11,134 nt of DNA from Candidatus Thorarchaeota archaeon (GTDB lineage Archaea > Asgardarchaeota > Thorarchaeia > Thorarchaeales > Thorarchaeaceae). The position numbers were made by a program, and so were the translations under genes. This document shows, piece after piece, positions 7,440 to 11,134 of this stretch. The notes beneath the pieces were generated by a model that was given only the letters and a program-made list of their open reading frames with translations, made no database searches and was not told the origin of the DNA. Location of the stretch: positions 1 through 11,134 of the forward strand of contig JAEORO010000229.1 in NCBI GenBank assembly GCA_016840855.1. Direction: 5' to 3'. Each line of letters starts with the position of its first letter. Within the stretch, counting starts at the first letter, position 1.

Positions 7440-7784
7440 ATGGAGTTTGATGATATATCTGAGTTCTCATCAGAAACGTCGGCAGGAACCATCAAAGTAC
7501 GCATTATGCACATGACAAATGGGCTTCTAGTCCTAATCTCTGACTCAACCAAGTTTAGACTTGGTTTCTCTGCAATGGCTATCCCCCCGGGGCAAGGTCG
7601 CTCTGAACCCACATCAGTCGGATTCTTCACAAAGGAGATTGATAGTACGCTTGTAAGAACACTTGCTGAACGGGTGTCCTCATGGACTAACCAGACATGC
7701 ATGCTTGTTGTAGGAATGAGTTCACTTTCTAGAGAACGAATGTTGGAGCTCATGTCTCTTTTGAGGGATCATTTTCTGACTTAA
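7440..7784 (+). CDS. Proteasome assembly chaperone PAC4 (PSMG4/Pba4)-like protein
   Basis: 114 aa. IKVRIMHMTNGLLVLIS..FRLGFSAMAIP...PTSVGFF...STLVRTLAERVSSWTNQTCMLVVGM aligns by eye, colinearly, with human PSMG4 as I recall it (VHFHVMRLTDSLFLWVG..HLRNLAVAM...PVSTSLLG...TTSTGLAQRLARKTNKQVFVSYNL). The length is similar. Confidence 0.7.
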   Translation: MEFDDISEFSSETSAGTIKVRIMHMTNGLLVLISDSTKFRLGFSAMAIPPGQGRSEPTSVGFFTKEIDSTLVRTLAERVSSWTNQTCMLVVGMSSLSRERMLELMSLLRDHFLT

Positions 7785-7983
7785 TCTGTTCAGCCACTTC
7801 ACGTACCCACTGACCAGTTTCATCTATCTCACAGAGAACTTCGATATACTCTTCCCAGCTTAATCCATTTGCTTTTCTCCAGCTCTCAAATGATGAATGG
7901 ATATTGTCCAGTGCCTCTTGATGATAACGACAGAGGCTGCCTTCTCTTAAAGCCTCACGACCACAAATCGTACAGAGTTTCAC
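7750..7983 (-). CDS. Small hypothetical protein with an N-terminal CxxC-x10-CxxH zinc finger and a Trp-rich acidic helical C-terminus
   Basis: 77 aa with CTIC...CRYH, then W..A.G.SWEEYI...ETGQWVREVA. The GTG start overlaps the topoisomerase TGA stop (GTGA, 7980-7983), a typical translational-coupling arrangement. Confidence 0.8.
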   Translation of the reverse strand: MKLCTICGREALREGSLCRYHQEALDNIHSSFESWRKANGLSWEEYIEVLCEIDETGQWVREVAEQIKSENDPSKET

Positions 7984-10109
7984 TCTTCAGTTTCCTCCTG
8001 CCGTTTTTCGTTATTTTTTATTCGCCGCTCTTCGAGTGCTTTGAGCTCGTCTTTTCGCCCTGGGCAGTCTGCCCAATTGATACAGGTTTCCCACCTTCTA
8101 CGTGCTGATACCACTTGGAACATCTGATACCCACAATAAGGGCATTTCTCATCTAGAGGCAACAAATCTCCTTTTTGTGGCAGAGGAAATGTCTGATCGC
8201 ATTTTCCTTCACTATAGTTGGAACATCCTACGAACCGTTTTCCTGTCTTGGAGGATCTTATAACTCGAAGTGTCCCCTCTCCACACTTCGGACAAGCACC
8301 GAGTTCTTCCTTCGACTTCCAGTATCTCTGAAGACCATTTACAAGATCGGTCCCTATTTCTCCTTCCTGTGATTTGAAATTCTCAAGCAACTCTAAAAGC
8401 TCTACTTTTGCTTTCGATAATACATCATCTCTGTTTTTTGTTTCCTGTTGGATGTTATCCATCTCTCTCTCTAGTTGGCGTGTTAGCTCTGGAGATAAAA
8501 TGTCTGGCATATATTTCTCAAGAGTTTCATAGAGGGCATACCCCAAAGTGGAAAGCTCAAAGTTATCATTGATTGTATATCCTCGTGATTTAATAGAGTC
8601 GACAATTCCGGCCCTAGTCGCTTTCGTACCTAAATTCTCCCGTTCTAAAAGCTTAAGCAGACTCGCTGGATTGAACCGTGGAGGAGCTTGAGTGTATTTA
8701 TTCTCACATCTAACGGAGCTTAATAGAAGCGACTCCCCCTCTGATATCTTAGGAAGCTCTCTCTCGTTCGTTCTAGCATATACACCATAGAACTCCATCC
8801 ATCCTGGTTTTAATACCCTAAGTCCTCTCAAATACAGCAGATGCTCATCATGTCTAATGTCAGCGCGAAGATGTTCTTTTACTGCAGCTTCACCAAAGAG
8901 TGCGAGAAACCTTCTCACTATTAGGTCGTAAATTTTCTTCTCACTAGGTGTTAATCTTCTTGTCGCCTTTGAACCTGTGGGGTGTATCGCGGGATGAGCC
9001 GGGTCACTTTTTTGCCCTTGTGCTGGAGTGAGATAATCTGTTCGCAACACTCGACTCACCAATGAAGAATAGTCTTTCATCTTACCAAGGCCATTGAGAA
9101 TCTCCAGTAGATTCAGACTCGGTGGTAATTTCTCACTATTTGTCCTAGGATAAGAGATGAGTGCATCAAGATAGAGAGTTTGTGCAATTGCCAGTGTTCT
9201 GCTCGGTTTGAATCCAAAGTGTCGATAAGCCTCGGATTGGAGGGTGCTCAGATTAAATGGCGGATGTGGGTGCTGTGTGGTTGTTCTGCTGTTTATTGAA
9301 TCTACAAATGCAGTAGTTCCATCCAATGCTTTTACAACTCTCTCAGCCTCACTTTTTGTGTCTATGCGCTTCTTTGAATACTCTAGTTCTATCTCTGAAC
9401 CTCTGTGTACACTCTTTGCATGGATTACCCAGTATGGAAAAGGCACGAAGACATTGATCTTTTGTTCCCTCTCAGCTACATATGAAAGGGTTGGTCCTTG
9501 TACTCTTCCAGTAGAAACTATCTTGAACCAACCAGAAGTGTTCTTTATTGCGAGAGTCAACGCTCTGGTGAGGTTGATGCCATACAACCAATCAATCTCA
9601 TGTCTCACGAAACCAGCTTCAATCATTGGGAAATCCAGCGTGTTTGACATATTCTCAAAGGCATGTTGTATCTCTGACTCTGTCAAAGTACTGAAAATCA
9701 TGCGGTGAGCTTTCTCAGTATTTGCCTTGCAAGCATGTACTAATGTAAGATATCCGATCAGACTTCCTTCAATATCATAATCAGTTGCTACAACAAAGGT
9801 CTCGATATCCTTTGCAAGAGTTTTGATTAGATTGATGATTGGTTTTGTTTGGGTGGCTCTCTTTTCCACTTCATACTTTGGGACCCATAAAGTTTCCAAT
9901 CGGGGATAATCCCACCCCTTCACACTTTGCTTTAGTTCGAATAGGTGTCCAAGTGCATATACAACGATTAGACTATCCGTTTCTCTTTTACACTCATAAT
10001 AAGACACGCTTCGTTTCTTCACTTCAATCGGGGCTAGATTTTCGTCCAGAGCTATAGCTATGCGTTTAGCCGCAGTCGGCTTTTCAGTGATAATCATAAC
10101 CTTGGACAT
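7980..10109 (-). CDS. topA: Type IA DNA topoisomerase (archaeal TopA/Topo III) with C-terminal zinc ribbons
   Basis: 709 aa. TOPRIM IITEKP and ATDYDIEG, GHL, STGRVQGPTL, catalytic ISYPRT, AHPAIHPT, LGTKATRA. C-terminal CPKC...GCSNY...C and CPYC...CINWADC zinc ribbons. GAGGT SD at 10118-10122 (minus strand). Confidence 0.97.
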   Translation of the reverse strand: MSKVMIITEKPTAAKRIAIALDENLAPIEVKKRSVSYYECKRETDSLIVVYALGHLFELKQSVKGWDYPRLETLWVPKYEVEKRATQTKPIINLIKTLAKDIETFVVATDYDIEGSLIGYLTLVHACKANTEKAHRMIFSTLTESEIQHAFENMSNTLDFPMIEAGFVRHEIDWLYGINLTRALTLAIKNTSGWFKIVSTGRVQGPTLSYVAEREQKINVFVPFPYWVIHAKSVHRGSEIELEYSKKRIDTKSEAERVVKALDGTTAFVDSINSRTTTQHPHPPFNLSTLQSEAYRHFGFKPSRTLAIAQTLYLDALISYPRTNSEKLPPSLNLLEILNGLGKMKDYSSLVSRVLRTDYLTPAQGQKSDPAHPAIHPTGSKATRRLTPSEKKIYDLIVRRFLALFGEAAVKEHLRADIRHDEHLLYLRGLRVLKPGWMEFYGVYARTNERELPKISEGESLLLSSVRCENKYTQAPPRFNPASLLKLLERENLGTKATRAGIVDSIKSRGYTINDNFELSTLGYALYETLEKYMPDILSPELTRQLEREMDNIQQETKNRDDVLSKAKVELLELLENFKSQEGEIGTDLVNGLQRYWKSKEELGACPKCGEGTLRVIRSSKTGKRFVGCSNYSEGKCDQTFPLPQKGDLLPLDEKCPYCGYQMFQVVSARRRWETCINWADCPGRKDELKALEERRIKNNEKRQEETEE

Positions 10110-10217
10110 CTTTCAATACCTCTATTCTCAGTCGTTATCACAATCAATAACTCATTCAAATAGCCATTGTGGCATACATACCAATCAATGTTAGTACAAC
10201 TTTGCATATCGCGCAAG

Positions 10218-10254
10218 TCTTAAAAGCAGACGCAAAATGGGGACCGCTCGAGGT
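10218..10254 (+). promoter_or_regulatory. Putative TATA-like element and Shine-Dalgarno of the OSTC-like gene
   Basis: TCTTAAAA at 10218-10225 and GAGGT at 10250-10254, the latter 7 nt before the in-frame TTG at 10262. Confidence 0.4.
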
Positions 10255-10261
10255 AAGATAT

Positions 10262-10684
10262 TTGAAGCCTTGGTGGCCGAGATATATAGTAAAGCCAAGA
10301 GTGCGGCTCAGTAGACCCAGTTTCGGGATGCCTACTCGCCCTCCAGACACAGTCATATTTGGTATAATGTTTCTTGTTGTACTTTTCGTTCTCGGTGGTA
10401 ACATCTACACGCTAGTTCGAACACCACCTGCTATCGCTGGAACTCAAAGTGGTGCTCCAATCGTTATTGCTCCAGGGATTGATCAGCAACTGGGAATGGA
10501 AGGAATCGTTGCTTCGGTAATCATTCTTGTAGGTGTTGTCGGTCTCGGACTAGTATATTATGCCTCTAAGTATGTCTTCCAGCCAGGCTATGCAACAAGG
10601 CTCATGATACTTGGAATGATAATGGCAGGTGTATCTTTTCTGGTCTTTAGCTATCTATGGAACATCAAAGCGGGTCTTCTATAG
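10262..10684 (+). CDS. DC2/OSTC-like (OST3/OST6 family, transmembrane region only) oligosaccharyltransferase accessory subunit
   Basis: Three predicted TM segments. PRVRLSRPSF...P.DTVIFGIMFLVVLFVLGGNIYTLVRTPPAIAG...PIVIAPGIDQQLGMEGIVAS...GVVGL...SF....WNIK matches human OSTC as I recall it ([45 protein letters not shown]...NGQYIMEGLASS...GGLGF...SF....MRMK). The start was moved from GTG 10169 to TTG 10262 (140 aa) because of the GAGGT SD. Confidence 0.8.
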   Translation: MKPWWPRYIVKPRVRLSRPSFGMPTRPPDTVIFGIMFLVVLFVLGGNIYTLVRTPPAIAGTQSGAPIVIAPGIDQQLGMEGIVASVIILVGVVGLGLVYYASKYVFQPGYATRLMILGMIMAGVSFLVFSYLWNIKAGLL

Positions 10685-10719
10685 ACTGCTCCTTGACCAC
10701 AGGAAAGCAAACCATCGAT

Positions 10720-11133
10720 TTATGACATAAATACATGGTCTATTCCTGTCCTCTCAAACAGACTGGAGATTAACTCCTGAGCTATCTCCAGTTTTATCTT
10801 CTTTCTCTCACTTGCAGGAAAGTGGTTCTCATGTCCTGGTTTCGACCATTTTCCAACACTAGTACCAAAATCCATACCAGCCAGGATGATTCGTTTTGGT
10901 GAATATTCACAGACTACATGACAGGCTCTATCTCCATCTGTGAACCCGCCCCATAGAAATGCCCTATTAGTTGGTTGAACCTGTGTGCTTCCTAAAACGT
11001 CTTTTAAAATAGGGACTGTAGACTTCACAATCTCTATGTTGTCACCGTGAGCGTGCACAATGAGAAGAGCTCCTGCAGCCTTTGCTTTTTTGAGGTGATC
11101 AAGATTTCCATCCAAATCCGTAATAATCACGTC
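10720..11133 (-). CDS. mptE: 6-hydroxymethyl-7,8-dihydropterin pyrophosphokinase MptE (DUF115), 5'-partial
   Basis: The frame is open to the window edge. Motifs: TDLDG, VHAHGDNI, GSTQ..P, GGFTDGDRA, LAGMDFG..VGKWSK, K.IKL..A. Confidence 0.92.
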   Translation of the reverse strand, partial: DVIITDLDGNLDHLKKAKAAGALLIVHAHGDNIEIVKSTVPILKDVLGSTQVQPTNRAFLWGGFTDGDRACHVVCEYSPKRIILAGMDFGTSVGKWSKPGHENHFPASERKKIKLEIAQELISSLFERTGIDHVFMS

Positions 11134-11134
11134 A

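Noticed and set aside
7406-7753. 115-aa minus-strand ORF whose ATG overlaps the Zn-finger gene stop (ATGA at 7750-7753), suggesting a third operon gene
   Set aside because: It is the antisense shadow of the PAC4-like ORF, which has recognisable family similarity while this one has none. The coupling-like overlap is probably coincidental, though Ribo-seq would be needed to exclude it.
5400-10109. XPD plus Topo IA as a split reverse gyrase
   Set aside because: The helicase is clearly XPD/Rad3 Fe-S type, not the reverse-gyrase helicase-like domain, and the topoisomerase has ordinary C-terminal zinc ribbons.
7869-10404. ORFs 7869-8108, 8175-8372, 9244-9708, 9839-10057 (+) and 10156-10404 (-)
   Set aside because: They are antisense to topA, the Zn-finger gene or the OSTC-like gene and have no motifs.
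1-11134. CRISPR array, rRNA, tRNA, IS element or prophage genes
   Set aside because: The window is almost entirely coding, the largest gaps are about 150 bp, and no periodic repeats or mobile-element genes were seen.

Overview
Gene-dense archaeal chromosomal segment with 11 credible CDSs and no RNA genes, CRISPR array or mobile element that I can see. It is most consistent with an Asgard archaeon, by inference from PolD plus two eukaryote-like proteins. Order: DNA polymerase D large subunit DP2 (5'-truncated by the window, +), four-CBS-domain protein (-), CDP-archaeol synthase CarS (-), RadB-like RecA-family ATPase (-), uncharacterised RNase H-fold YqgF/RuvC-like nuclease (+), XPD/Rad3 Fe-S helicase (-), small protein resembling eukaryotic proteasome assembly chaperone PAC4/PSMG4 (+), 77-aa Zn-finger protein translationally coupled to a type IA topoisomerase (both -), DC2/OSTC-like oligosaccharyltransferase accessory subunit (+), and MptE (5'-truncated by the window, -). 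The most interesting elements are the two eukaryotic-signature-like small proteins, the nuclease between RadB and XPD, and the Zn-finger protein coupled to the topoisomerase. All family assignments come from motif recognition by eye; no database search was run.
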